Assembly (NCBI RefSeq): GCF_001194135.2 | Contig: NC_068988.1 | Coordinates: forward strand, 66,260,263-66,324,262 | Direction of reading: 5' to 3' | From: Octopus bimaculoides | Taxonomy: Eukaryota | DNA length: 64,000 bases | Part shown: piece after piece, positions 63,091 through 64,000 of the stretch | Position numbering within the stretch: position 1 is the first letter of the stretch | How the letters are laid out: each line of letters opens with the position of its first letter | Translations under genes and position numbers: made by a program | Notes under the pieces: model-generated | Told to the model about the DNA's origin: nothing | Database searches by the model: none | Seen by the model: only the letters and a program-made list of their open reading frames with translations

Positions 63091-63409
63091 GTAAGTAACA
63101 TTTTTTAACTGCCGATTTTTTTATTTGTTGGGAGTTTGTCAAGATATTTTTTTATATAACTTCTAAGCTTTCTTTTGAGATATAGAGGGCTAGAATTAAT
63201 TGTTAGATATCTGTTAGATGTAGGCACATAAAATGTTCTAAATCCAAGATACATATAAACAAATATCTTTTAACACACTATACTTTATTTGTTGGTTTTA
63301 ATATTGGTACAATTCAACTGAATATAGTATTACATTATATATTTATAAATCTTTACACGTGTCCTTGTGACAGCTTCGCAATAAATTACATCTTAGGTAA
63401 TCATCATGA

Positions 63410-63545
63410 GTAACGCAGTTGAAATTCCACCGAGGTCGACTTTGTCTTTCATTCTCTTTGGCTCGATGAAATAAATACCAGTTGAGCATTGGCAAACGAC
63501 TAGTCCCTTTCCCCAAAATTCCAGGCCTTGTGCCTAAAGTAGAAA
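63410..63545 (+). mobile_element. Family-C SINE, 5'-truncated
   Basis: gttgaaattccaccgaggtcgactttgtctttcatt...gatgaaataaataccagttgagca...ccccaaaattccaggccttgtgcctaaagtagaaa. Confidence 0.85.
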
Positions 63546-63789
63546 TGATTGCGTAATTATCCCCAGAAAACGTATGAATTTGACATGAATAAATTATGCA
63601 CTAGATATCCTCCTCCTATCTTGTACTTGACCATTATAAACCATATCCTTTAGTATAAGATTTTTATATCTGGCATTTATTTTAGAGGGTAATGGAATAC
63701 ATGGCTATCGAATGCAATGGTTAAATGTGTGGCACTCTATTGCTCTCACACACGTGCTGTTTTTCCTTCTCTAGACTTTTCTGGTTTCC

Positions 63790-63823
63790 TTTCGGACGAA
63801 GAACTATGCTCGAAACGTCAAAA
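63790..63823 (+). ncRNA. Decayed minimal hammerhead motif
   Basis: UUU CGGACGA A GAAC uau GCUC GAAA CG UC AAA. Same architecture as the 17100 motif (palindromic ACGU, GUC triplet), but with a U4-to-G core change and an A-C mismatch in stem II. Confidence 0.5.
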
Positions 63824-64000
63824 ACTTACTCTTTTATTCCACCTTTATCAAGCGACAAAATAATACATTCCATGTGCAAGTTCTCTTGTTTTTTTTGGTA
63901 TTGTTATTCTTAATGTCCGACTATATATATTATATATATATACATAAATATATATATGTATATGTGTGTGTGTGTGTATTTATACATACATACATACATA

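Overview
AT-rich eukaryotic genomic DNA, dense in microsatellites, with about 17 N-gaps. The repeat families and gap pattern look like an octopus (coleoid cephalopod) short-read assembly; this is an inference. The whole window appears to lie inside one + strand gene, a receptor guanylyl cyclase of the atrial natriuretic peptide receptor (NPR1/GC-A-like) family. Only three short exons of its extracellular domain are present (18068-18203, 46045-46139, 62952-63090), joined in frame by GT-AG introns of 27.8 kb and 16.8 kb. The introns contain many copies of three tRNA-derived SINE families (here called A, B and C), two RTE-clade LINE 3' ends, two decayed mariner transposons (one split by a SINE), a decayed Penelope-like element (RT + GIY-YIG), a MITE, a ~580-bp foldback, minisatellites and microsatellites. 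The most unusual signal is a set of hammerhead-ribozyme motifs. One minimal hammerhead with an intact core sits at the 3' end of a short element with a tRNA-like head (17052-17393, minus strand), a candidate Penelope-mobilised, ribozyme-tailed SINE. A second motif has a permuted core order (55154-55201) and a third is decayed (63790-63823). All alignments were made by eye, and repeat boundaries are approximate.
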